Shown here: positions 11,639 to 23,833 of the stretch, in pieces | Position numbering within the stretch: the first letter of the stretch is position 1 | Layout of the letters: every line of letters begins with the position of its first letter | Translations under genes and position numbers: made by a program | Notes under the pieces: generated by a model | What the model was told of the DNA's origin: nothing | Database searches by the model: none | What the model saw: the letters and a program-made list of their open reading frames with translations, nothing else | Assembly: GCA_024704765.1 (NCBI GenBank) | Contig: JAKMXF010000319.1 | Span: 285,791-349,790 of the forward strand | Reading direction: 5' to 3' | Length of the DNA stretch: 64,000 nucleotides | Source: Oopsacas minuta | Taxonomy: Eukaryota > Animalia > Porifera

Positions 11639-13189
11639 TAATAAGCATTGGATATTTTCTGTGCCAACTAATAATAATATTCTTCTAACATTTCAGAATT
11701 GCTAATATTTTTTTTATTCTTATTCGTCTTTGTAACTAAGATATTCTTGTAAATCGATGTCTTTCAATCTCCATAAATGAATCTTATTCACGCTTATTCT
11801 CTGCTTTATAACTAAAAATATTTATTTTATACATCAGAGTAATTATATTATAGTTTAATATACTTTTAGTATTCAATATGGTAAATGGTTGAATACTTTT
11901 GTCCTTTATCTGTATGTATGTTTTGGCTCTGCTGTTAACACCTTTTGAGATTAAGACGTCACTACGAGTATACATGCTAAATTTGGTGTCTAGTTCTGCA
12001 TCTGTCATTTGGAATCTTTCTGATGTGTATATTTTCACACCTTTGACACCTCTGTATTTTATCCCAATCAGATTGTAGGGTGATATAATTATACATAAAT
12101 ACATAAAATTAGTTCTGGTGGAGTGTTTGTAATTTAATTAGCTCTGTAATGTATTTGTATTGATGTAGACTGTAATTGTATTGGTCAATACGTTCTATTT
12201 TATATATATATTTATACTGATTTATCATATGATTAAGCATATTTTGGCACCTTTTCCTGAACATCTCAAAATTATCCTAGAGATTAGCTTCCACTTGTTA
12301 ATAGTGGTAAACAGAGACGTAGAATTAGATTTTAGTATTTTAAATGTCTAATAAGATTAGTAAATTTCAATTTTATCTTTCTTTGATAAAATGAATATTT
12401 AATAGAATAGCAAACTTTCAATAATCCACTAAAGTTAATTTGGTGAAATTTAAGTCTGCTGCAAATTACCAACAAGGGACGTGCCTAAAGTACGTGACGT
12501 GACCTTGCAGCAACCTCCCAAACTGTGTAACTATATGTTTTATGAATAAGATAACACCACCTGTATATTCAGAACGTATGGTGTTTTGCTTGCTCCTTGT
12601 GTGATCGCTTTTTGGAACCTAAAACACAAGCATTTTGACGACCTCTGAGGTAAGTATATCGCTAGCATATCGGAAACCAATCCAGTGAAATAGGACCCCT
12701 TACTAATTTCTCACACTAGCTATAATACGCCATAGAGATGGTTCGTTGGCTATTGTGTATAGTCATCAGGCCACCCTTAACGGCCTACAACAAAGCTTTA
12801 GATACGATGTCCTTGAATCAATCACTATTGGTCAAATTTAGACACAAACGTATACTCGGAAATTCTTGGTTTGAATAGAGTATTCGGTGTTCTGACAGGT
12901 TAAATATTGGCTAATAGCTTAACATGATTTGAATGCACACCGCAGCGGTGTAAAATGAGAGTTAGTAAAGAATAGGTATTCTATTACCAGATAGCCATAT
13001 GCGATGTATTATTTGCAAATAGGTTATCGTATCCGAGGAATCGAATGGGGCAACCAAATTTCTTCTATGGCTTTTAGATTTCTGGACATGACGTCATCAC
13101 ATATTATGATGACGTCGCATTTTAAAAATTATTTAATAAAACTCATAGAAATTTCCACTTCTTAAGAAAAATCTCCTATTCTGTATATG

Positions 13190-15570
13190 TGTTACACGCA
13201 AATCGTGAAATTGCCCATTTCATTGAATAGATATTTGGTTACTCATTTCATGTAATGGTCTTTTCAAATTATTGCACACTTCATGAAATGTGCAATGCTG
13301 TTTATCTAAAGATTTTCGAGAATATGCACTTATAATTCTATGAGGAAACATGATGAAAAAACAAATTATATGAATAAGAAGTGAGAAAATATTTAGGAAA
13401 TAACTTGAGAAAACAACTTAGTCTGTCTGTTTTCAATACGTACTAATCTATGTTGTCACATGATCCTTTCCCATGACAAGCACTGTTGCATATTAGCCCT
13501 GCCTTTAAACAAGAGCAACGTTTTGTTAAACAATTGCTCTTGCAATGACATCTGCGAAATCCCTGACCACCACATATGCTCTGTACTCGAACAATTTCGC
13601 GAATCGATAATTCTTCATCTGGTATGTGTTCCGAATTCTGTCCAGTAAATTTGATAAATTCGACTTGATTTCTTGCAAGTTGGCCTCTTATTTTGCAGTT
13701 CTAGTTCCTATTTGATAACCTCTCTGATCAAATTCCCAAACAATCCCAATTATATTTGGTGGATCACCTTTGCTTCGATCAAACTGGGATACAGGCACAG
13801 CAACACTATCACCGATACGAAGAGGACGCAGGGTGCGAGTACTGCGTGCAATCATTTTTTTGGCTTGTTTTTGGATACCTTTGCAAGCTTCTATTCGTGC
13901 ACGTCTTGCCGGATGGCTATCATTTCCTCTAAAGTCCGAGAGTAGAGAATTAGAAACATTTGTATGATGCAATTCTGGATCTTTTCCTCGTATTAAATCA
14001 CTAAGAATCTCTTCAGCACTGTCATTACCTAGTGGAGTTGTGGTACATGGAAATAAATGAATACTTTCATTCGCCAGTGAAGATTCTGCCATTGGAGTAG
14101 ATGAGTTCTTTCATTGTCCAGTGAAGATTCTGCCATTGAGGGGGGTAGATGATTACTTTCAGCATCAGGATTGTCATTACCAGGTGAAACTATAGTTTCT
14201 GGATTATTAGAATTAACATCTCCGTTTTCAACTTCACAGATTTGAATTTCAAGATCTTCCTCCAATATACCTGTAAATATTTTATCGAGAAAATCTGTTG
14301 GTAGAATACTTTTCAATCCACAACGTGGTCTGTTACCAGTCATTGCTTTATACGGTTCCATTCCTGTTGCTTCATGATATGAAGTGTTCATAGACCATTG
14401 CACAAAACGGATCCCATAGCTCCATTTGGATGTACTATTATCTCGCATCCAAGCCATCAATTGAGTCTTCATGTCACCATTGCTCCGCTCGACTGATCCT
14501 TGACTTTGGGGATGACGTGGACGTCCATTCACAAGAAAAAGTTCTGGCCAAAGAGTTGAAAGTTCTTGAATCACTTGTCCCGTAAATTCACGACCATTAT
14601 CTGATTGTAAGATATTTGGTGCACCAAAGTCTCGGGAAATCAAAAGCAATTGATTTGCAACTTCTGTAGCTGTTTTTCTTTGTTGAGGACGAATAACATG
14701 GAATTTTGTTAGATATTCCATGTAATGTAATATAAATCTGAAATTACCATCTTGGATTGTTTGCATATTAACAAGATCCACCTGGCCACGTTCATTTAAG
14801 TCTTTCACTGTTAGAGGACGTATAACTACGTCAGAAGCAGTCTCTCGTCTTGCTCTCTTCTCTACACATCTTTCGCAACGTTTTATATATTCCTGGACAA
14901 GGTAACGCGGGATATTGGCAAATTTATCTTGTATCTTTTTGTGAGTTTTCTTTTCACCTCCATGGCCTGTTGCGATATGCATAGAAAATATTATATTAAT
15001 AACTTCCTCTTTTGTTGCCATGTATTTTCCATTCCGCTTAGTAACCTTAGCAACAGATCCAATAGATACTAAGGAATAAACATTCAATATATTGTAACAT
15101 TCTCTTGGAAGAGATTTTCCCGTTTTTCCACGTCTCAAGACATCGACGACGTATTTTTCATAATTCTTATCCCATAGAGTTTGATTTTCTGCCACTATCT
15201 CCTCCATATCTATGATTAATTCACCAAAAAGAAAAACGAAAGCATTGATGTTCCCGAATTGAGATCATTTATAAATGAAGAATGCTTTGATATGCACTCA
15301 TAACTACGTGTTATTAGGACAACATTATATTCAATAAGGAAGAGTGTAATCATAATTGGTGTTAAAATTGATTATTTATGAATAACATGTTACTAAGACA
15401 ACAGCATTGCACATTTCATGAAGTGTGCAATAATTTGAAAAGACCATTACATGAAATGAGTAACCAAATATCTATTCAATGAAATGGACAATACAATTGC
15501 CCATTTCACCCATTGAGCAATTTGTTTGCCCAATACATGAAATGGGCATTTTCACGATTTGCGTGTAACA
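13190..15570 (-). mobile_element. Ginger2/TDD-like DNA transposon encoding a retroviral-type integrase (KRBA2/SCAND3-like), frameshifted
   Basis: TIRs over 100 bp starting tgttacacgcaaatcgtgaaa / ending ttcacgatttgcgtgtaaca; ORF 15207-14029 with H2C2 (HIATGH..CERC) and DDE core (VDL, QSDNGREF, PQSQGSVERSN); about 45-bp duplication near 14070-14140 shifts frame; Cys-rich tail near 13480-13600. Confidence 0.85.
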
Positions 15571-15766
15571 TATATATAAACTGATTTATCATATGATTAA
15601 GCATATTTTCACATCTTTTTATGAACATCCCAATATTATCCTAGAGATTAGCTTCCACTTGTTGAATAGTGGTAAACAGAGACGTAGAATTAGATTTTTA
15701 GTATTTTAAATGTCTAACAAGATTAGTAAATTTCAATTTTATCTTTCTTTGATAAAATGATTATTT

Positions 15767-16452
15767 GGACCATATACAATACTATACTTGTTTATCATCC
15801 CCGCCCGACCCATTTCATCTCCCTCCTCGGCAATTTTTATTTTAATACATATCTTTATTTAATACTTATATTCGCAAATGAGCATCTTCGAAACAAGCTA
15901 ATTATTTAACACTAGCGCCCTTCGCTTGCTAGGCCGCTGAGCAGTGTGCCTAATCAGGTAATTTTTCGAAGATCCAAAAAGGTGGCAATGGCATCATAAT
16001 TTCGTCAGGCATGAATTTTCGTCCAAGACTCAAACCTGTCCGAGTCAGGCCCAAATACCCCTCCCTGTATGGCAAAAATCAGCCCTGGGGTGTGCACTAC
16101 ATTTTTATTATTATTATTTTTTATCATTATTCTTATATAGAATTATAGATTAATCGCATTTGAATAATATTGATTATTGTAGTATAACCACAATAAGCAT
16201 AACGTAACAAAACGTTGGTAATTCTTAATAATTTGGTTAAACACAGTGTATTTTACTGATTGTTTTTTCTGCGTATAATTATAAGCTATCTCACCTACCC
16301 TACTTGAGAGTTCCAGTTTTTTCAATTTTACTCTTCTAAATTTCATAGATACATATTAGTGAAATTATGCTAAGCAAAAATTAAAAATAAGATGCCGCCC
16401 CTATTTCGCAGAAAAAAAGGGATGAGAAACAAGTAATTTGTTTTATATGGCC
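15767..16452. mobile_element. Non-autonomous element at a TTAA site (Kolobok-like termini GG..CC)
   Basis: Imperfect about 35-bp TIRs ggaccatatacaatactatacttgtttatcatccc / gggatgagaaacaagtaatttgttttatatggcc; the empty site reads tatTTAAtagaatagc; second copy 47111-47795; relative in the BIG1 intron 56447-56754. Confidence 0.6.
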
Positions 16453-16685
16453 TTAGTAGAATAGCAAACTTTCAATAATCCACTAAAGTTAATTTGGTGA
16501 AATTAAGCCTGAACAGACGGAGATTTTAGATTTTATTAGAAATATCTCTTTTGTGTAAATTTGATATTCCTTACAGGAAGATGGTTATTATATATTAGGC
16601 ATTATTTGTATGTTTATACATTACTCAAATTACAACTAAATATTTGTAGATATTATTCAGAATTATCAAATTGAACAGACAAGAA

Positions 16686-17951
16686 ATGGCTAGCGTAGAA
16701 GTGAAAAGAAAGTTTATCGAACAATTAAAAGAGAGTAGAAGTAAGATTAGAGACTGCTTCAAGAAGTCACATGAAGCTCTACAATTCAGAGAGAGTATCC
16801 TCCTCTCTCGTATTGATGAAATCGAGAAAGAGTATAATATCAAAAATGAGGAAATGCTGGAATTATTGGAAGCTTTGAATAAATCAAAATCGTTAATTAC
16901 AAACACTCTGACTTCTAATAAACTTAAAGCTACTCATCGAGGAATAGAAATACTAATAAATAAACAGATCGAGGAACTATCAGTCGATACAGACAGAAGT
17001 ATTGAGTTTGAATGGAACAACCAATTCGAAGCTGACATTGAACAGCTAGGGAGTATTATGCTTAACGGTCAGACTAACAAACCTCCCACTCACACCTTCC
17101 CTCCTCAAGTGAAGCCTGTTGTACCTGACTACAAGGCTAAACAGCTGCCTACTGCTTACTGCTGTAATAAATCTACAGACAAGAAAGCTCCAGGAGGACT
17201 GAATTGTCCCACAGGTATAGCAATACATTACCAAACTGGAAATATTTACATAGTGGATTGTAGCAACCATCGTGTGGAAGTATTTAGCAATAATGGACAC
17301 TATCTCTTCATGTTCAGTGAGACGATGAACCGACCATTTGGTATCTGTATATCTCAGAATAAAGTGTTTGTTACACAATGGAGTGGTAATTGCATTAATA
17401 AGTACGAGCTAGAAGGGAAACTAATCAAGAGTGTTGGTAGTCAAGGGAATGGAGAAGCTCAGTTCAACAATCCATGCGGTCTGGATGTCTCTGATAGAAG
17501 TAGCAATGTGTATGTTTGTGATTGTTATAATGACAGAGTTCAAATCTTAACTCAAGAACTCAAGTTCCATTCCATGCTAGGAATAGACTTGTTTAAGGCT
17601 CCACGTGACGTTAAGGTTGCAAGAGATAGGGTATTGGTGCTAGATGCGAGTGATCTGTGTATGTTTGTGTTCAATTCAGAACATGTTCTAACTAACAGAC
17701 TGATAACTAGAGGTGGTGGCAAACAAACAATCAATCCATTATGTTTCGACATAGACAGAGACTATAACATCATCATGAGTGACTACGATAATCACTGTGT
17801 GTACGTATTTAATCAGGAGGGAGAACAGATACACAAGTTTGGGAAGGAAGGTCAGGGTATCGGGGAGTTCTATCGTCCCTGGGGAATAGCATTAGACAAC
17901 ACAGGACACATAGTTGTGTGTCAGAAGAATAATTGTCTCCAATTCTTCTAA
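16686..17951 (+). CDS. Coiled-coil + NHL-repeat protein, array copy 2 (421 aa from the ATG)
   Basis: Intact paralogue; ATG at 16686 aligns with the other copies; lacks two codons in the last blade (HIVV, KNNC). Confidence 0.92.
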   Translation: MASVEVKRKFIEQLKESRSKIRDCFKKSHEALQFRESILLSRIDEIEKEYNIKNEEMLELLEALNKSKSLITNTLTSNKLKATHRGIEILINKQIEELSVDTDRSIEFEWNNQFEADIEQLGSIMLNGQTNKPPTHTFPPQVKPVVPDYKAKQLPTAYCCNKSTDKKAPGGLNCPTGIAIHYQTGNIYIVDCSNHRVEVFSNNGHYLFMFSETMNRPFGICISQNKVFVTQWSGNCINKYELEGKLIKSVGSQGNGEAQFNNPCGLDVSDRSSNVYVCDCYNDRVQILTQELKFHSMLGIDLFKAPRDVKVARDRVLVLDASDLCMFVFNSEHVLTNRLITRGGGKQTINPLCFDIDRDYNIIMSDYDNHCVYVFNQEGEQIHKFGKEGQGIGEFYRPWGIALDNTGHIVVCQKNNCLQFF

Positions 17952-18511
17952 CTGCCTGAAGAATTCTTTATAATTTGTACTAATTAGTGAAATAGTTTAT
18001 TGTTTATAATTTTGTTTACTTTATTGATAATGATTATTTCCAGTTTTGTAGAGTTTATCTTATCTAAAGTGAAAGTTAATTGTGTTAAGGAAAAATGACA
18101 TAAAAATAGGTTAAGATTGTCGGTAGAGGTTCTAATTTTAGATTTTTGGGTTTAAAACATTCTTTAGTTTGGCATTGGCTATGGTTTTGGTATTTCTTCA
18201 ATTTCCTATTCATTTACTTGTCTATCTAGTATCTAACTAGGAGAAATTGGAGTTTGTATTTCTTTCAATTACACACAATTGATGGAATTACACACTCCCT
18301 CCCTATGAGGCTATGACACGCATTTGTAATACAAACATGATACTTTGATTAGTACCCCCTTGGATTCAAGACATTATCAAATGTTTTCATAATACGTAGT
18401 ATCTGATTGCTGTAGAACTCGTATAAGACGCACCTCCTTAGGAATACCAGTTTAGTTGTTACTATCCAAGTTGTACTCCATTTAGTTATTTCCCTCCTCC
18501 AGCTCAAGGGA

Positions 18512-18920
18512 CAGTGAAACCTCTGGAATCGTGGCATGTGGGATACTGTGAAAATTTCTGACCACCCGATTGTGGAATTTCCACGATTGTGGATTTCAGT
18601 GTGGTATTGTGTCAAAATGACCATTTTCCGTATACATGTAGTTCATATTATGTCATACTATTGTTTCGTTAAAATATTTCATTCTGCTACATATTGCTTA
18701 TCCTGAATACCACGTCATCACTGCAAGGGCTGCCACCTAGGCTCTCCTCGACCTGGAGATATTCTTTCGGGTTCAGGATAAGCACGTCGACGCTGAGTGG
18801 TGCGCAGTACACGCTGACGAGGTCAGAAAGGTTGCAGAAAAGCTTCAGACGCAGACAATGATTAGCTAATTCTTCTCGCAATGTTAGTGTGGGTTCTGTG
18901 TAGCACATGGTTCCCCTCAG
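18512..18920 (+). mobile_element. pogo-derived MITE, unit 2, 3'-truncated
   Basis: cagtgaaacctctggaatcg left TIR; homology to unit 1 stops at cccctcag. Confidence 0.65.
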
Positions 18921-18924
18921 ACGC

Positions 18925-21000
18925 GTAATGTTAGAGGGTACATTCAATCATTAGGACGTAACCCCTTTATTATTCATTTATATACTGAAGACCAAATTAA
19001 AATATTAAAATGTTTTAAAGATAAAAGCATAATTCTTCACTTAGATGCTACTGACTCAATCATTCGAAAGATTGAACCTTCTCAGCACAAAGTATTTTAA
19101 TGTGCTCTCACAGTACAACATCCAACTTGTTCTACCAGTCCCGTACCTCTGGCAGAGATGATCAGTTCTGGTCATACTAGCACTGAGATTAGTTATTTTC
19201 TACACGAATGGTATCTTGATGCAAAGAAAGTATTAGATTATAATATTAAGATAGGACATATTGAGATAGTTTTCAGCTGGGCGTTAATTCATAGTGTGTG
19301 TAATGCTTTTCTTAAATGTGACATCGATACATATCTTGATAAATGTTGGAATAGAGTGGATACAAATTCTGTCAATCAGGAACTAGAATTAAAATTGATT
19401 CTCCATTTATGTTCTGCCCATATAAGGCATGGCATTGGCTTTCACATTAATAGGAAATTTAAGTTAAATAAAGAAGTGAGAAAGTTGTTTTCGTATTCCT
19501 TTGGATATCTGGTGCGTTTTACTAATATTACTCAAATAAGTTATGTGTTTACTTCCTTGTGTTATGTGTTTAAGAGTAAATATATGAATGAACATGTATT
19601 AACCGATATTAAAACATTAGAGTATTATATTAGTGACAGTTATTCTGATTTAGATGATACAAATGAAAGTTTATACGATGAGGGTAGTGATAATGATCCC
19701 ATCGATATTAAGGATGGTAAGACCCTAAGAGACAGATCTCCCTTTGGCAAAACATTTTGCATATATAAGTAAACAATGTGAAAATGCTATCAACAATGAT
19801 CACACCAAAGCATTTGATTCGAATCCTTGCTATTATCCTCGCCTTATAGAATATATTTTAACTTACTACTTACCTATTCTGCCATTATTGAGTGGTATTA
19901 TATTAGGCCCCCACAGTGTTTCAGTTGGAAATAATTATTCGTATTATAGTAACGCCATTGTAGAGAACTGTATGGGTATAGTTAAATTAGATATTTTGAA
20001 TTCGAAATCAAATTTGAGGCCTGGAGATTCATTAGAGTATTATATCCCGGTATAACTAGTAGAATTACCGCTTTCAATTTTGCTTTTCATCCCAGAGCTA
20101 ATAAAATTTTAAAGGTCGTAAGCGAATAAGAGATATTTCAGGAGAAAAATATAGTGAAGAATGCTCCAGGAGAAAGAAACAGCATTGTGGCTATTTGAAG
20201 TCGAAAACATATGAATTTCCTCAATTGAATAGAGATAAACTGTAGTAAAAGATAAATTAATTCCTATTAAGCGTCAGAAGTTGTCTACGTTACATATGAT
20301 TTGCAAATCATCAGAAATTAATACTCCGTCAATTATTACTGATGAAGAATTGGTAGAGTCAAGTATAATACGATATATTATACCAAGCCTTCGTCCACCA
20401 CACATTGAATGGCAAATCGCTACCTGTAAGAAATGGAAACTACATTATAGTAATCAGATTGTCTATTCTTTAGATAATTTAATTGATAATGGTGAAGGAT
20501 TATATGTATATAATCCCGGAATAACAGAAACAACATCAGGTGATGGAAACTGTTATTTTCTACTATTTCTTATCCGACAACAGGTAGTAAAACCTATATC
20601 ATAAAGAATTACGGGCAATTATCGTTGAAAGCATGTTTGGTAAATTAAGTGCGAGTTGTAATGCGTTTTTTGCGTACTAATTATGTTTACTCAAGGGAAT
20701 TTTAGGAATATTCAGGATTGGGTAAATAAAATGGGGATGAATAAGGTTGGGAAATGGGCTACTGACTTAAAGGTATTTGCAGCTTCGTTGTTATTTAATA
20801 TAGATATTTGGGTGTTTTTGGGCCCTACTGGAACTCGTTGGGCTGGGTTTTCGGGTAATGGATCAAGTTTTGATCAATTATTAAAGGAGCCAACTTCAAA
20901 TGGTTTATATATTCAGAATTTATGTAATCATTACCAGCCCGTACTATCTCTAATTTATTATTTAAAGCAACCCAATCGTTGGTTTCAATTTATGGCAGCG
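18925..21000 (+). pseudogene. Decayed Mutator-class (NOF-FB-like) transposase with a C-terminal OTU-like protease domain
   Basis: GYIQSLGRNPFIIHLY, LHLDATDS, PVPLAEMISSGH, IVFSWALIHSV, SNAIVENCMGIVKLDIL; later SGDGNCYF, WATDLKVFAASLLF, NLCNHYQPV; many stops and frameshifts; 5' truncated. Confidence 0.6.
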
Positions 21001-22360
21001 AAAATTATATATTTACCAACAAGATTATTAGTGAAACAATAAATATTTTGTATAAATGAATCTTGAATATTTTGTGAAATCTCATCTAAATATGTAAAAT
21101 TGATTGCGTCAAAATCACAAATGTAAGTATATACGTATATGTATCGACAGTTGGATTATATGGAACAATTTTATGACCTTTTCTCTAACCAAGGTACGTT
21201 TCTGAATCGGCTGCTAAGATAACACTCGTCCCACTGTATAACTATTTATGGACAACAATTTGATGTATTTGAAAATGTTCACCTCCAATTGGCGTCTTTT
21301 CATGGAGCGGATATTTCCTGTAATATGGTACTTCACCATAGTTCAAGAAATCAGCTATTTCATGTTCTATAGAAAGAAGAACAAGGCTTTCAAGCCTTTC
21401 TTGACGCATAGTTGATTTTAGTTATGTTTTATCATCTTTAACTTACTGAGGCTTATTTCTACACCAGCAGTAGCTACTGGAAGAGTGATAGAGATTGTTA
21501 AGAGTATAGACTATTTGGGAATGCTTTTCTAAAGAATGAATCGTACATTACTTCTTATCGGTAGAATCAGCAGAATATTGCCAAGAATCATCTACAATCG
21601 AACTTGTCTATACCGGCCACTAAAGGGACTTTGCCAAAGAGGCCGATATAGACAAGTTTAGCGCCAGTAAAGGACTCTGAGTTGTGTATTTTGTCTGCTC
21701 TGAGGTTGAGTCTGGTGCAATTTGAACTCAAATACACGTAATCATAGGCGTACGGGCAGTTGTATTCTTGGAGGAGGGGAGGGCTGCGAAATGAGATTGC
21801 TCGAATTTCGACATACTATAATTGTCCGATATTAACGATACATTTTGCCCGAAATCAATACTAGATTTGTCTTTTTCCAGTAATAGCAGATTAATTAACT
21901 AATCTAATTTGTGATACCGGTTAACATAAAGGAAAGAAATATACATCAAATGAATTTTGGACCTGAAGAATAAAGAATAATAAATAATTCAATAATTTGA
22001 TAAGATAATCCATTATTCTTTAACCTGAATTAGTTAACTTGGTCTTAAAGTTAAAACTGTACAATAGTATATTACAGAAAATAGGAATGTACTATAGTAC
22101 AGTTAAGCTAAATATAAGTTATCTCTTAATAGAATAGCAAACTTTAAATAATCCACTAAAGTTAATTTGGTGAAATTAAGCCTGAACAGACGGAGATTTT
22201 AGATTTTATTAGAAATATCTCTTTTGTGTAAATTTGATATTCCTTACAGGAAGATGGTTATTATATATTAGGCATTATTTGTATGTTTATACATTTAATC
22301 AAATTACAACTAAATATTTGTAGATATTATTCAGAATTATCAAATTGAACAGACAAAGAA

Positions 22361-23632
22361 ATGGCTAGCGTAGAAGTGAAAAGAAACTTTATCGAACAAG
22401 TAAAAGAGAGTAGAAGTAAGATTAGAGACTGCTTCAAGAAGTCACATGAAGCTCTACAACTCAGAGAGAGTATCCTCCTCTCTCGTATTGATGAAATCGA
22501 GAAAGAGTATAATATCAAAAATGAAGAAATGCAGGAGTTATTGGAAGCTTTGAATAAATCAAAATCGTTAATTACAGACACTCTGACTTCTAATAAACTT
22601 AAAGCCACTCATCGAGGACTAGAATCACTAATAAATAAACAACTCGAGGAACTATCAGCTGATACAGACAATAGCATTGAGTTTGAATGGAACAACCAAT
22701 TCGAAGCTGACATAGAACAGCTAGGGAGTATTATGCTTAACAGTGAGACTAACCTATCTCTCAACCCCACCTTCCCTCCTCAAGTAAAGCCTGTTGTACC
22801 TAACTACAAGGCTAAACAGCTACCTACTGCTTACTACTGTAAGAAATCTACAGACAAGAAAGCTCCAGGAGGACTGAATTATCCTAGAGGTATAGCAATA
22901 CATTACCAGACTGGAAAAATTTACATAGCGGATTTTGGCAACAATCGTGTGCAAGTATTTAGCAGTAACGGAGACTATTTCTTCATGTTCAGTGGGAAGA
23001 TGAACAACCCATGGGGTATCTGTATATCTCAGAATAAAGTGTTTGTTACACAATATAGTGGTAATTGTATTAATAAGTACGAGCTAGAAGGGAAACTAAT
23101 CAAGAGTGTTGGTAGTAAAGGGAATGGAGGAGTTCAGTTCTACTATCCACAGGGGATAGATGTCTCTGATAGAAATAGCAATGTGTATGTATGTGATTGT
23201 TATAATGACAGAGTTCAAATCTTAACTCAAGAACTCAAGTTCCATTCCATGCTAGGAATAGGCTTGTTTAAGTATCCACGTGATGTTAAGGTTACAAGAG
23301 ACAGAGTATTAGTGTTAGATGGGAGTGATCCGTGTGTGTTTGTGTTCACTTCAGATCACTTTCTAACCAACAAACTGATAACTAGAGGTGGTGGCAAACA
23401 AACAAACATTCCATACTGTTTTGACATAGACAGATACTATAACATCATTATGAGTGACTACTATAATCACTGTGTATACGTATTCAATCAGGAGGGAGAA
23501 CAGATACACAAGTTTGGGAAGCAAGGTCAGGGTATCGGGGAGTTCTATTGTCCATATGGAATAGCATTAGACAACACAGGACACATTATAGTTGTGTGTG
23601 AGAAGAATACTAATTGTCTCCAATTTTTCTAA
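22361..23632 (+). CDS. Coiled-coil + NHL-repeat protein, array copy 3
   Basis: Intact 423-aa paralogue. Confidence 0.92.
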   Translation: MASVEVKRNFIEQVKESRSKIRDCFKKSHEALQLRESILLSRIDEIEKEYNIKNEEMQELLEALNKSKSLITDTLTSNKLKATHRGLESLINKQLEELSADTDNSIEFEWNNQFEADIEQLGSIMLNSETNLSLNPTFPPQVKPVVPNYKAKQLPTAYYCKKSTDKKAPGGLNYPRGIAIHYQTGKIYIADFGNNRVQVFSSNGDYFFMFSGKMNNPWGICISQNKVFVTQYSGNCINKYELEGKLIKSVGSKGNGGVQFYYPQGIDVSDRNSNVYVCDCYNDRVQILTQELKFHSMLGIGLFKYPRDVKVTRDRVLVLDGSDPCVFVFTSDHFLTNKLITRGGGKQTNIPYCFDIDRYYNIIMSDYYNHCVYVFNQEGEQIHKFGKQGQGIGEFYCPYGIALDNTGHIIVVCEKNTNCLQFF

Positions 23633-23833
23633 CTGACTGAAGAATTCTTTATAATTTGTACTAATTAGCGAAATATTTTATTGTTCATTATTTTGTTTAC
23701 TTTATTGATAATGATTATTTCCAGTTTTGTAGGGTTTATCTTATCTAAACCGATAGTTAATTGTGTTAAGGAAAAATGACATAAAAATAGGTTAAGACTT
23801 GATAATTCATATTTTATTTATTTATATTACAGT

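Noticed and set aside
16671-16685. N-terminal extension MNRQE of copy 2
   Set aside because: Depends on a TTG start brought into frame by a 1-bp deletion; the ATG at 16686 matches all other copies.
21601-21658. 18-bp-stem hairpin aacttgtctataccggcc..ggccgatatagacaagtt
   Set aside because: Resembles collapsed pogo-type MITE termini; no evidence of an RNA gene.
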